From IMG/VR virus record IMGVR_UViG_3300033182_000538, positions 32,001 to 96,000 of that record: DNA of 64,000 bases; one strand, written 5' to 3'. The position numbers and the translations under genes are program-made. Of this stretch, positions 46,489-56,596 are shown in pieces; positions within the stretch are counted from its first letter, which is position 1, and every line of letters starts with the position of its first letter. The stretch comes from a virus. Under the pieces are notes generated by a model, which saw only the letters and a list, made by a program, of their open reading frames with translations, had not been told where the DNA came from and made no database searches.

Positions 46489-47100
46489 CTATACAATATC
46501 ATTTGAATTAATTAATGTATATGTAAATGAGTTACCCCACACATCTCGTGCTTTTCTACAAATCTCCATAAATAATTTGAAGTCATCATTTGCGGCTATC
46601 ACTTGACATCCAGCAGACCACTTATCTACCTGTACTGATTTACCACCTTCTCTAGCAGTTGCTCTATGGATATTGATGCCATAGATACCTTCGGTTACAT
46701 TCTCTTCGATAAAGTCATAGGTGTCATCTCTATCACCATCACGATATACCTTTAGTGGTTTTTTCTGCCCCAATGCTTCGTACTTACCTTGGTGAAGTCT
46801 AATTTTATGTGAACCTCTGTATTGACCCTCTTTAAGAATTGCTACTCCGTTTTTATTTAGAAGTTGTTTCTCAGTCCAATGTGAACCAGGGTCGGTTGTT
46901 GCCTCAAAGCAGTGGAAGTTCCACTCACCATTCTCATCTTTGTAAGAGATAGTAATGTGGTCATCAAACTTGTTTGTGACCTTACCATTTGTGTCAGCAT
47001 TTCTAACACCAACGATGTTTACATCATAATTGTCTGAAGTGAACCACTTATAACCTTTTCCTATTACAGCGGCTTCGATTTGTTCTCTTGTGTAACGCAT
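46489..47100 (-). CDS. Putative endolysin / YkuD-like L,D-peptidase
   Basis: GINIHRA...WSAGCQV fits the Hx(n)SxGC catalytic motif. Confidence 0.6.
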   Translation of the reverse strand: MRYTREQIEAAVIGKGYKWFTSDNYDVNIVGVRNADTNGKVTNKFDDHITISYKDENGEWNFHCFEATTDPGSHWTEKQLLNKNGVAILKEGQYRGSHKIRLHQGKYEALGQKKPLKVYRDGDRDDTYDFIEENVTEGIYGINIHRATAREGGKSVQVDKWSAGCQVIAANDDFKLFMEICRKARDVWGNSFTYTLINSNDIV

Positions 47101-47412
47101 TTATTTCCTTTTCTTTTTACCTGCACAATGTGCTTTTTGACTAAATCCTTTTGGATTATTACAATCTATTGATTTCTTATACTTGTCTGACCACTTCTCA
47201 TCAACTGAGTTAATAAGTCTTTCTAATGCTTGTTCTAACTTATTAGGTAAGTTTTTATGTTTAGTTGAAGCGTACTTTTTCAAGTCAGCTTTAGACATAC
47301 GTTTAGCCGTATCTCTAATATCCTTAGAAACATTAGATGGTTTTACATCACCCTTTTTTAGAGCGTATGCTAATCCCATATATTTTTGTTGTTGTTTAGA
47401 TTTAGCTGGCAT
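47101..47412 (-). CDS. DUF3008-like protein fused to a KWS-KYK-SIDC module
   Basis: MPAKSKQQQK.MG...YASTKHKNLP, then VDE|KWSDKYKKSIDCNNPKGFSQKAHC. Confidence 0.6.
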   Translation of the reverse strand: MPAKSKQQQKYMGLAYALKKGDVKPSNVSKDIRDTAKRMSKADLKKYASTKHKNLPNKLEQALERLINSVDEKWSDKYKKSIDCNNPKGFSQKAHCAGKKKRK

Positions 47413-47664
47413 ATAAACTCCTATACTAATAAATATGTAGGAATTCAAAAGGAACTGACCATTCCATATCAAAAGGGTCGCTAACTACGGCTTCTCCCCT
47501 TTGTTCTCTGAGTGATATAAGAGTCACCTTTTCGCCCTCTACCAGACTTCCCTTGAATGTTGAGTAAGTCTTCTTCAGTATGACTTTTTTTCCTATTAGA
47601 TTTTCCAAATTTTTCATAAGTTTCGTAATTATCCTCTTCCCAATCGAAAGAGTTTAGATTGAGT

Positions 47665-47910
47665 TTACCCATTTCGGATTACCTTTAAATTTTTGAGTTT
47701 GTCCAAGAATTCTTCCACGGAATAAGATTTTGATTTTTCATCTTTGATTATCACCTCTTCTAAGGTGTCGGGATACTTTTCTACCAATCTGACTAAGATT
47801 TCGAACCCTTGGTCTGCCCAAAAGTTTTTAAACGAAACCTCGCCTAAGATGTTTGTTGAGTAGTTTACATCTTCTTCTGAATCTTCTGGTAGTAATATAA
47901 AGTATCTCAT
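47665..47910 (-). CDS. Hypothetical protein
   Basis: ATGA overlap with the GT2 gene. Confidence 0.55.
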   Translation of the reverse strand: MRYFILLPEDSEEDVNYSTNILGEVSFKNFWADQGFEILVRLVEKYPDTLEEVIIKDEKSKSYSVEEFLDKLKNLKVIRNG

Positions 47911-49064
47911 AGATTAATTAAGTCGTTTTCGTAATGTTTTACACGATTGACCTTTATATTAAATATGTCAAATTCATACTCACCACTATCAAATTCATTA
48001 AAATCAAAAATTTCCGATAAGTTTTGGATGAACTGAAATGAGTTCTGATTCAGAGCTTTAGCATCAAAACTGACCTCTATATCTGAATCAATATCTACAT
48101 TAATTCGTTTAGTCAAATCAATTGTTGTATTTGGTTGTTCGAAATCAATGTATTGTTTGATTGCATCTGAATCAAGGTCAGTTACAATCCTATCACACCA
48201 AGGTTCTAATGCATTTAGAATCTCAATGGTACAATTTTCTATATTAAACTGAACATCATACTTGTGTGGTATGATTGGTTTCATTAATTTATCGTGTTTG
48301 ATGAAGTGACCCCATTTTCTAACAAAGTTTCTTCCATTTTTAGTAGTAGTGTGAATCCACTCATCGGAGTTTTTACCAGCAGCTCCACCAGAATGTTTGT
48401 TGAATCTACTACCCCTTGAAGTAAAGTGATACACCAAAGCATCCCAACTCTGAACCAACGTATATCCATTTAGAAAGAACCTATTGAACAGGTCAGAATC
48501 TTCTTTTGATTGAGGAGCAAATAATTCATCGTGGCCCCCAATTGATAGAAAGTCTTCTTTGTACATACACCAAGGAGCAAAGATACCCTCAGTTGTTTTA
48601 TCTTCTTTTAGAGATTCACTCTGAGTGTACCAATCTTCAAATTTAAATTCTTCAACCTCAACACCAAAGTTTTTCATAATTTTTTCAGGCCCATCGGGAT
48701 GAAGTGGTGGTTCTACTCTTGTCGCTGATACCACGGTGAGTGGTTTCAAGTGTTTAAGTATGTTCTTATCAAAGTCCTTACATACTACCATATCAGCGTG
48801 AAACGCCATTATGATTTTAGTACGGGCCATTTCAATACCTTTGTCAAACATCCCTACAATACCAATACGTTCTGGACCAGGATTATGATAAACAATTAAG
48901 TCTTCATCATTCTGAGCCCCAATCCATTCAGCAGTACCATCCGTACTAGCATCATTCAAAACCAATACTTCGTGTTTAGTATCTAAATCACGAATTGATT
49001 TATATGCTAATTGTAGAAACTCTAAGTTGTTTCTTGAAGGTATAACAAATGTAATTTTTTCCAT
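47907..49064 (-). CDS. Glycosyltransferase family 2
   Basis: ITFVIPSRNN, LNDASTDGT, FHADM, GGHDELF and KEDSD motifs. Confidence 0.88.
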   Translation of the reverse strand: MEKITFVIPSRNNLEFLQLAYKSIRDLDTKHEVLVLNDASTDGTAEWIGAQNDEDLIVYHNPGPERIGIVGMFDKGIEMARTKIIMAFHADMVVCKDFDKNILKHLKPLTVVSATRVEPPLHPDGPEKIMKNFGVEVEEFKFEDWYTQSESLKEDKTTEGIFAPWCMYKEDFLSIGGHDELFAPQSKEDSDLFNRFFLNGYTLVQSWDALVYHFTSRGSRFNKHSGGAAGKNSDEWIHTTTKNGRNFVRKWGHFIKHDKLMKPIIPHKYDVQFNIENCTIEILNALEPWCDRIVTDLDSDAIKQYIDFEQPNTTIDLTKRINVDIDSDIEVSFDAKALNQNSFQFIQNLSEIFDFNEFDSGEYEFDIFNIKVNRVKHYENDLINL

Positions 49065-49065
49065 T

Positions 49066-49902
49066 TTATAGATTCTTTATATAATCCTTAATATCAATCT
49101 CAGGATTCCATCCTAAGATTTCTCTAGCACTTGTATCAGTATTCAACGTATGTCTAGCTTCACCCGGCTTTGGGTCTTTGTATACAGCATCAATTCCAAA
49201 GAATTCAGCTATCTGATTTACTGAATAGTTTTCACCTCTACCTAATTCAAAAATATGACCATATGCTTTTTGTTCCATAATTCTAACCAAAGCATCTACG
49301 ATATCTTCAACGTGGGTAAAGTCTCTCCTTTGTTCTCCATCACCATAGATTTCACATTGGATTTCGTTTTTGATATTGTTAATCCATCTACCAATCAAAG
49401 TAGTATGACCACCCTCAGTAAGTTCATACGGGCCATATACATTGTAAAATCTTGTGATACTAGCTTGTAGGTTAAAATGTTTCTGATAAAGTTCTACCAC
49501 ATCCTCACCGATGTCTTTAGTAAAGGTGTATGGGTTTTTATACTTTCCACTATGTTTAGATGATGTACCAGCGTAAACCAAAGGTACGTTGTTTCTTGAA
49601 CACCAATCAACCAAATTCAAAGTAGCATTAGCATTGGTTGTAAAATAATTTTTAGGGTCTTCAAATGATGGTTGGATTCTAGCAATAGCTGCTAAGTGAA
49701 ACACTATATCAACTTGAGGAAACTCTGATAGATTCCTCAGGTCGTGATTCATATACTTACAACCAAATTGATGATTTTTCTCTAAACCTGTATGATAGTT
49801 ATCTATTGATATTACTTGGTGTCCTTCCGACAAAAGTCTTTTGATGAGGTTTGTTCCTACAAATCCTGCACCACCTGTTACTAATATTTTCATTTTATCC
49901 AT
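49066..49902 (-). CDS. NAD-dependent sugar epimerase/dehydratase
   Basis: VTGGAGFVG, HLAA, YxxxK (YTFTK), RFYNVYG and RDFTHV motifs. Confidence 0.92.
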   Translation of the reverse strand: MDKMKILVTGGAGFVGTNLIKRLLSEGHQVISIDNYHTGLEKNHQFGCKYMNHDLRNLSEFPQVDIVFHLAAIARIQPSFEDPKNYFTTNANATLNLVDWCSRNNVPLVYAGTSSKHSGKYKNPYTFTKDIGEDVVELYQKHFNLQASITRFYNVYGPYELTEGGHTTLIGRWINNIKNEIQCEIYGDGEQRRDFTHVEDIVDALVRIMEQKAYGHIFELGRGENYSVNQIAEFFGIDAVYKDPKPGEARHTLNTDTSAREILGWNPEIDIKDYIKNL

Positions 49903-50635
49903 ATAATTTGTTAAATGTTTTCTCCATCCAAAAACCTGGAGTTGGTTTTATACCCGCGTTAAAGTGACAAACATATCCATATTTTGTGAATAGTAAATCT
50001 TCCCCTATAAGTTCAGACCTATTCAAATCTTGCATATTCCACTCGTACCCAAGTACTTTATATTCATCACCCAAGTCTTTATTAACAAAAAAGTTGAACA
50101 CAGGTTGGTCGTGACCCACACCATAGTTATTTTGCATCCAAACTATTTTTTGTTGATTCTTGTTGTAAAATTCTTGTATATTCTTAAAGAAGTCTTTATG
50201 TGATTTGTTAAACAATAAGAAACCAGAGTTGAAATATTTGTAGTATGGAAGTTGGTATCCGTTGAACAACTCAAGAGAGTATGCCTCTATACTTCTCAAC
50301 ATCCAATCCGAATCTCCAAAGTTTGGAACTGCACAAAACTTATGCTCACTCAATTCAAATATGTTTGGAGCATTTGGCGTTACAATCGTATCTGAATCTA
50401 CATACAGTACTTGGTCATAGTCTATTTCATTTGCATCTAATACATCAAGTATATACATTTTAGTCCAATGTGGTTTCATATAAGATATATCAGCCACAGG
50501 TTGATTTAGAATGAATAATTCACAATCGTATTTATCAGCATATTCTTTCCAACTTTTGATTGAAAACTCATATCCCTGATTCCTACTTCGTTCGTTGTGA
50601 ACGATGTTAATCATAAAGATAACATTTTTACTCAT
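49895..50635 (-). CDS. GT-A fold glycosyltransferase (GT8/GT34-like)
   Basis: LYVDSD, YFNSG, HDQ and HF motifs. Confidence 0.75.
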   Translation of the reverse strand: MSKNVIFMINIVHNERSRNQGYEFSIKSWKEYADKYDCELFILNQPVADISYMKPHWTKMYILDVLDANEIDYDQVLYVDSDTIVTPNAPNIFELSEHKFCAVPNFGDSDWMLRSIEAYSLELFNGYQLPYYKYFNSGFLLFNKSHKDFFKNIQEFYNKNQQKIVWMQNNYGVGHDQPVFNFFVNKDLGDEYKVLGYEWNMQDLNRSELIGEDLLFTKYGYVCHFNAGIKPTPGFWMEKTFNKLYG

Positions 50636-51407
50636 ACCTATCCTTTATAATGTCCCACGTTTGTTTCATAAGAGAATTACGCTGTCTCCTATCAAATCCT
50701 GAAAACTTCCAAATCTTACCATATTTTATAAAGTACGGAGTTTTGTCATTTCCAAATTGCCAGTTGTGGTTAAACCACCCAAACCTTGTCATATGATTTA
50801 TGTTAAATGATGGGTTTAATTCAAATCTAAAATCAATTCCTAACTCTTGTAACATATAATTATAAACCGGCTGGTCAGTTCCTTTTTTTACATCTTTCTC
50901 AAATATACAAATTTTTTCGTAATTATCAAAGTAAAATTCTTTTAATTTGTTTAGAAACTCTAAGTGGGATTTTGTAAATATTTGAAATCCACAATCTATA
51001 TACTCTCTGATATTGAATGTTGTGTTTGGAAACATAGTTTGATAACCAGCGATACCTTCAGATATCCATCTTAAATTTTCTAAACTTTTAAATACACTAA
51101 GGTTATCCGATGTTTGGTCGAAGAAATTAGGCGTATCCCATTTTATCATATAACTAGCATCTACCACAGCAACTTTATTCCAATCTAAATGTGATAGTTT
51201 AGAATCTAAATCAAACCAACGAGTCCAAGTCACTTTGTGCTTTGATGTATCATAATTTGTGGAATCATATTCATAAAACTCTACATTGTTTTTATTACAC
51301 CAATCTTTCCAAGTTCTTTTTGAGTACTCGAAGTAATCGAAGTTTCCGTGTTTTTCTAATACAGTAGGATTATCACTTTTTACACCTACCCAAAATACTA
51401 CATTCAT
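50628..51407 (-). CDS. GT-A fold glycosyltransferase-like paralog
   Basis: VVDAS, YIDCGF and TDQPVYN; similar layout to its neighbour. Confidence 0.6.
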   Translation of the reverse strand: MNVVFWVGVKSDNPTVLEKHGNFDYFEYSKRTWKDWCNKNNVEFYEYDSTNYDTSKHKVTWTRWFDLDSKLSHLDWNKVAVVDASYMIKWDTPNFFDQTSDNLSVFKSLENLRWISEGIAGYQTMFPNTTFNIREYIDCGFQIFTKSHLEFLNKLKEFYFDNYEKICIFEKDVKKGTDQPVYNYMLQELGIDFRFELNPSFNINHMTRFGWFNHNWQFGNDKTPYFIKYGKIWKFSGFDRRQRNSLMKQTWDIIKDRYE

Positions 51408-51422
51408 AACTTACTATATTTA

Positions 51423-52337
51423 TTAGACTTTCCAATTCTTATCCATCCATTCTAAAATAGATGAAAATGTATTTAGTTGTACTACGTTACTACCAGATAA
51501 ATGTTTTAACCAAGAGTTTGTTTTAAATATCCCACGTTCACCACGTTTGATTCCATATTTTACACCAGAACCATACTTCCAAGTCTCACCCAAATATATT
51601 ACAAGGTCTCCACCGAAGTAAGCGGATACAGTACAATTACCACCGATTGTAGAAAGGTGTTTGTCCGATGTAGCTTCAAGTTCCATTTGACATATGTTAT
51701 ATGATTTTCCGGTAACTTCCATATGTTCTTTGATTGTATATACTTCGGGTAGATTCTCTTGAATATATTCAAAATCATTTAAGTCTAATAAGTGATTATC
51801 ATCTTTAAAGTAGTTCTTATCAACAACAGGTGATATATAAATTATTTTGTAATCATCAGAAAATCTACGAACAACCTCGGTCAAGAATTCCATACTGTAA
51901 TGGTTCATTGAAACGTGATTACCATTCTTTCTTTTAACGTATTGGGTAAGTAACGGATTATAACTCATATCCAAGTTTGGATATGCTTTTTTACATTCAT
52001 CTATCTGGCTCTCAGACAAATCTGCACTTACACGGTTGTTTACAACAATTGTCGGTTTATCAAAAGTTACTTTACCTTCAAACATTTCTTGAAGTGGTGG
52101 TGGTGTCCACCCACTCAACGTAAAGCTTGGTCGTTGGTGGTTATAAAATTCTGAAGGATTGTTGGGTGTAAAGTTTTGTGTCGCCTTGAGATTATCAGTT
52201 ACTAACCCATACAACTCTAAGAGATTTTCTTTAACATATACAATATGTTTTTCACCATTTATCTTAGAGTGGTATGCTCTTGGTAATCCTCTAAGCATAT
52301 CCAACCCAAATTCAGTAGTTTCGTTTATTACTTTCAT
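51423..52337 (-). CDS. Hypothetical protein in the glycosylation cluster (possible GT-B)
   Basis: EFG...WTPPPL...GG..SAYFGG; assignment rests largely on context. Confidence 0.5.
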   Translation of the reverse strand: MKVINETTEFGLDMLRGLPRAYHSKINGEKHIVYVKENLLELYGLVTDNLKATQNFTPNNPSEFYNHQRPSFTLSGWTPPPLQEMFEGKVTFDKPTIVVNNRVSADLSESQIDECKKAYPNLDMSYNPLLTQYVKRKNGNHVSMNHYSMEFLTEVVRRFSDDYKIIYISPVVDKNYFKDDNHLLDLNDFEYIQENLPEVYTIKEHMEVTGKSYNICQMELEATSDKHLSTIGGNCTVSAYFGGDLVIYLGETWKYGSGVKYGIKRGERGIFKTNSWLKHLSGSNVVQLNTFSSILEWMDKNWKV

Positions 52338-53332
52338 TTTAATACACCTGTTTTGACTAAAAATTCATAAGCTTCATCAAACCCCATAAGTGAATTTTTA
52401 GAATTGTACGAGTCAATCTCCTTAGTTTTTGAATTCGTGGGTGATGGTTCGCCTGGTGCAAAGAAGTCCAAACGCTCTTGATTGATAAGATAGTTCTCAC
52501 CACCATCTTCCGTGCGTAACCACTCTTCCGTAGAAATCATTTCTTCGTGAATTTTTTCACCAGGCCTAATACCAACTTCGTGCAATTCACAATCAGCATT
52601 CGAATATTTGATTAAACATCTTGCAATATCAGTAATCAAAAATGATTTCACTTTTGGTATAGCAATCTTTCCGTGTGACTTTTCATTATCATATGACCAT
52701 TGAATTAAGTCAGTCGCCTGTTCAAGGGATAATAAAAACCGTGTCATACCATAATCTGTAATTGGTAATGATTTCTCACCACTCTCTATCAATCTTTTGA
52801 AAAATGGTATAACAGACCCCGTAGACTCCAACACATTTCCATATCTAACAAGACAAACCTTGATATCAGTTTGCTTTCTAGCAAAATCCAAATACAACTT
52901 TTCTGAAATAGCTTTACACATACCATAGATGTTGATTGGCTTACAAGCCTTATCGGTAGATATGAAAATCAAAGTTTCTATTTTATGAGTACTTCTGCGT
53001 ATAGAATCAATCAAGTTCTGATGTCCTATAATATTTACATTTACTGATTCAAGTACATTACTTTCACAAATTGGAACGTGTTTCAATGCGGCTGTATTTA
53101 TTACGACATCTGGCTTAAACTCATCAATAGAATTTCTAATAGAATCAGCATCTTTAACATCGCCAATTTTATATTGTATGTCTGAGTTGAACTCAGTTAA
53201 TTTTTGCATATTAACGTGTTTGTGTTCATCTCGTGAAAACACAATTATTTTGTTATTGTCTTGGTATCTACGAATGAGAGTCTTTCCCAATGCACCAGTA
53301 CCACCTAATATTAATATCGTTTTATTCTTCAT
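52334..53332 (-). CDS. UDP-GlcNAc 4,6-dehydratase (PseB/CapD family)
   Basis: GGTGALG, SRDEHK, AALKHVP, ISTDKA, RYGNV and GIRPGEKIHE motifs. Confidence 0.9.
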   Translation of the reverse strand: MKNKTILILGGTGALGKTLIRRYQDNNKIIVFSRDEHKHVNMQKLTEFNSDIQYKIGDVKDADSIRNSIDEFKPDVVINTAALKHVPICESNVLESVNVNIIGHQNLIDSIRRSTHKIETLIFISTDKACKPINIYGMCKAISEKLYLDFARKQTDIKVCLVRYGNVLESTGSVIPFFKRLIESGEKSLPITDYGMTRFLLSLEQATDLIQWSYDNEKSHGKIAIPKVKSFLITDIARCLIKYSNADCELHEVGIRPGEKIHEEMISTEEWLRTEDGGENYLINQERLDFFAPGEPSPTNSKTKEIDSYNSKNSLMGFDEAYEFLVKTGVLK

Positions 53333-54041
53333 AACTACACTCTACTTTTTTTCCATTAAAATTAAAGTAAGGTCTTGGTCTGTCTTTAAAACTCCAAGCT
53401 CTTACAAAGTTGTAAACCTCTTTGAGGGTCAATTTTTCATAATTCATTTCTAAGTTTTTATTAGAATCTATGTCATAGTAATATGAATTTGGATGTGGTT
53501 CAATGAATTCAATAACTTCATCATTTAATATTTTGTGATATGTGTTTGTGAACATCGTATATGCCAACTCCTCGACTCTATTAAATAATGTTTCAGAAGT
53601 ATCAGTATCTTCTATTTCACATTTGTAACTTTCTATTATTGGGCCATCATCTAATTTATCTGTAATATAATGTAATGTTGTACCGTGATAAGTTTCACCA
53701 TTAGCAATAGCCCAACTACACATATATCTACCTTTATATTTTAGTCTATATGAATGATGTAAATTAATAATACGACCCCTCATACGATGAATGTGCTCTT
53801 TTGTGATTAATTTCCAATAGTTGATTGAGAATATTATATCTGGATTTAAATCTATAACTTGACTTATATCATCAAATACTGGAATTCCAAGTTCATCTGC
53901 TGTTTTTTTCAACTGGTCGTTCCACCAGGTTTTGTAGGTTGGAGCTACAACCCCAACTACTTCAGAATCATTTTGTTCGAGAATCCATTTGAGTATTCGT
54001 ATTGAGATATCTCTACTACCTAATATGGCGATTCGTTTCAT
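53322..54041 (-). CDS. Sugar N-formyltransferase
   Basis: IINLH...YKGR, GTTLHY and LDDGPII motifs. Confidence 0.85.
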   Translation of the reverse strand: MKRIAILGSRDISIRILKWILEQNDSEVVGVVAPTYKTWWNDQLKKTADELGIPVFDDISQVIDLNPDIIFSINYWKLITKEHIHRMRGRIINLHHSYRLKYKGRYMCSWAIANGETYHGTTLHYITDKLDDGPIIESYKCEIEDTDTSETLFNRVEELAYTMFTNTYHKILNDEVIEFIEPHPNSYYYDIDSNKNLEMNYEKLTLKEVYNFVRAWSFKDRPRPYFNFNGKKVECSYEE

Positions 54042-55168
54042 AACTTTTCTATCAACTTTTCTGCGATAAATTCTATATCTTCCCTATCCAACCACCATCC
54101 ACACGGTAATGATATCTGATGCTTGTGGAAGTAATCAGTTTCTTTTAGTTCAACAAAACTGTCATCAAAACAGGTGTAGTAATGATTTGGTGTGTGTACA
54201 AGTCCTGCGTTAATACCTATATCATTTAACTCTTGAACTATTGAATCCCTATCTAAACTAGCATCTAAAATCAAAGTATACACCCAAAAAGTAGGTTCTG
54301 TACCTTGTGGATATTTTAATGATTGTATTTTAACATTATTACTAAATAAAGATTCATACAATTTACCATTTCTTTTATGTGCTTCTATGATAGAATCCAT
54401 ATAGTCAATCTGAGACAATCCAATAGCGGCAGTAATATTGTTCATATGAAATTTGAACCCAGCTTCAACAACATCCATTTCCCAACGCTGTCCCTTCCAC
54501 TCCCCCTTTTCATCTTTTGTAGCATCACGGTCGATACCAAACCATTTCAATGCCTTTGCTCTCTTAAAATCTTTTTCATTAGTATTGACTACTAAAATAC
54601 CACCATCGCCTGTTGTAATGTGTTTAATTGCTTGTAAACTATAACAGGTGTAATGTGCATAGTCGTGAATTTGATTACCATCTACCTTTGCACCCATAGA
54701 ATGCGCTGCGTCTTGGATAAATTTTAATCCATTAGATTGGCAAATACTATATATTTTCTTTAAATCAGCAGGTAGCCCCGACCAATTAACACACAACACC
54801 GCTTTTGTTTTTGGAGTAATTAATTTTTCTATCTGAGATGGGTCTATATTACCAGTCATATGGTCAATATCAGCCCAAACTACCTTAGCACCAAAAGTAT
54901 GTATTGGTGTATTTGATGCGACACAAGTCATCGATGTAGCTATTACCTCATCTTCTGGACCAACATCAGACAACTTTAGAGCTAATGTCAAAGCGGATGT
55001 ACAGCTATTTAACATTATTGTTTGGTCGTGATTCAACCAATTTTTGAAGTGGTTATTTAGTTTTGTTACTTGCTCACCCTCATTAACAAACCCACTATCT
55101 AATACAGGTTTTAACTCATTTAGTGCACTATTCGTATCAATATGCACTTTAAACATTGGATATTTCAT
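54038..55168 (-). CDS. DegT/DnrJ/EryC1/StrS sugar aminotransferase
   Basis: NSCTSAL, QDAAHS, SLQAIKHITTGDGG and GFKFHM motifs. Confidence 0.92.
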   Translation of the reverse strand: MKYPMFKVHIDTNSALNELKPVLDSGFVNEGEQVTKLNNHFKNWLNHDQTIMLNSCTSALTLALKLSDVGPEDEVIATSMTCVASNTPIHTFGAKVVWADIDHMTGNIDPSQIEKLITPKTKAVLCVNWSGLPADLKKIYSICQSNGLKFIQDAAHSMGAKVDGNQIHDYAHYTCYSLQAIKHITTGDGGILVVNTNEKDFKRAKALKWFGIDRDATKDEKGEWKGQRWEMDVVEAGFKFHMNNITAAIGLSQIDYMDSIIEAHKRNGKLYESLFSNNVKIQSLKYPQGTEPTFWVYTLILDASLDRDSIVQELNDIGINAGLVHTPNHYYTCFDDSFVELKETDYFHKHQISLPCGWWLDREDIEFIAEKLIEKL

Positions 55169-55175
55169 AATTTAT

Positions 55176-55913
55176 TTATTTATGCACATCACTTACTTGT
55201 GCTCGTTTTTTACCTAATTCACTTATCTCGTTACTATCTTGTGGTCTTGATACAAATAGAGCTTTACTTCTGTCTGATGATTTTCCAGATTTCAATACAC
55301 TCCAAGTTATAGACCTACGTTCTTTTTTAACATCAGGAACACCGTGATATGATGTTTCAGAGTTTAAAAAAACAACGAGTCGATTTGAAATAGGGTCAAT
55401 TTTATGGGTACATTCAGTCATATCATCATTCCAAATTTCAAAAGTACCAGTATCATCTACTGACCAACCTTCGTTGAAATAAATTAAACACGTTAATTCT
55501 TTTCGTAATCCTGAGTCTGGACTTACTCTGGCATCACTATGTACAGCTTGAAACCCACCACTTAACATAGTTCTGATACCAGACCATCTCATATGCTTAT
55601 CGGGTAACAACCCATCTATATTAGTTAATTTAGCCAATTGCTGAGTAAACTCATCAGAATGTAAATGATGTAAAAATTGAAACATAGAGCCGGTGGTGTG
55701 TTTTATGTCATATGACATCATACCTTGCTCAAGTATATTTACTTTGTTTTCAATATTATCTCTAACCCCGTGCCATTTTGCATCATTTGAATCTGGCCAA
55801 TTGTTTAGCACATCAATATAGACATCATTGTGGAGGAAGTTATCAAATACCCATACTGGATATGGCTCTTTAATTGCTTGTGTTAATTTTATATTATCGT
55901 TTATAACCTTCAT
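55176..55913 (-). CDS. 2OG-Fe(II) oxygenase
   Basis: HSD...LIYFN...NRLVVF...YHGV...RRS motifs. Confidence 0.8.
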   Translation of the reverse strand: MKVINDNIKLTQAIKEPYPVWVFDNFLHNDVYIDVLNNWPDSNDAKWHGVRDNIENKVNILEQGMMSYDIKHTTGSMFQFLHHLHSDEFTQQLAKLTNIDGLLPDKHMRWSGIRTMLSGGFQAVHSDARVSPDSGLRKELTCLIYFNEGWSVDDTGTFEIWNDDMTECTHKIDPISNRLVVFLNSETSYHGVPDVKKERRSITWSVLKSGKSSDRSKALFVSRPQDSNEISELGKKRAQVSDVHK

Positions 55914-55924
55914 TATTTTTTACC

Positions 55925-56596
55925 TTATCGTTTGGCTTCCCTTACATCTTGTATATGAAGTGTAACTTCATCTAAAGGACAAGCTTGTTTTATCTTTTTA
56001 TCTCTATAATTGTTTGATATTTTTTCACAACCATCAATTTGTTTCATAGCGGATTGACCTTTGTATGTACTTTTTACATCTCGTAGTACATCCAAAAATA
56101 ATTCCTTATCCCATATTCCGGCTAATGGATAACAACAATCATATGGTACATTAAAATCAAAGGTTCTAATGGTTTCAAGTTCTTTAAATTTTGTTTTTTT
56201 CCATAAATTTGGGTTAGAGTACTTTCCAGTTTTACCTAACATCAAATGTTTAGCATCAGAGGTATGAAACTCATCAAACATTTTATGAAAATATTCATTG
56301 GTTACGATATTACTAAAGTCAGCATCTTCAAACAAATAATATATGTATGGGGTATTTGAACTTTCGACCATCTCGATAGTTTTATCTACCCATTGAGATT
56401 CTACATCTGATGAGAAATCACAATCTGGTACATTAGTTTCATATAACTTTTTAATCGATTCATAATGTTCTGGCGAATCACAATTGATTATAAATTTATA
56501 ATCTTTAAGTACCTTCATCCAATTTGGAAATATTTTATGTAATGTATCAAGCCTACTTTTATGACTACATTTAAAATTTAATACTACTGTTATCAT
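55925..56596 (-). CDS. Hypothetical GT-A-like protein
   Basis: TPYIYYLFEDAD, together with cluster context. Confidence 0.5.
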   Translation of the reverse strand: MITVVLNFKCSHKSRLDTLHKIFPNWMKVLKDYKFIINCDSPEHYESIKKLYETNVPDCDFSSDVESQWVDKTIEMVESSNTPYIYYLFEDADFSNIVTNEYFHKMFDEFHTSDAKHLMLGKTGKYSNPNLWKKTKFKELETIRTFDFNVPYDCCYPLAGIWDKELFLDVLRDVKSTYKGQSAMKQIDGCEKISNNYRDKKIKQACPLDEVTLHIQDVREAKR

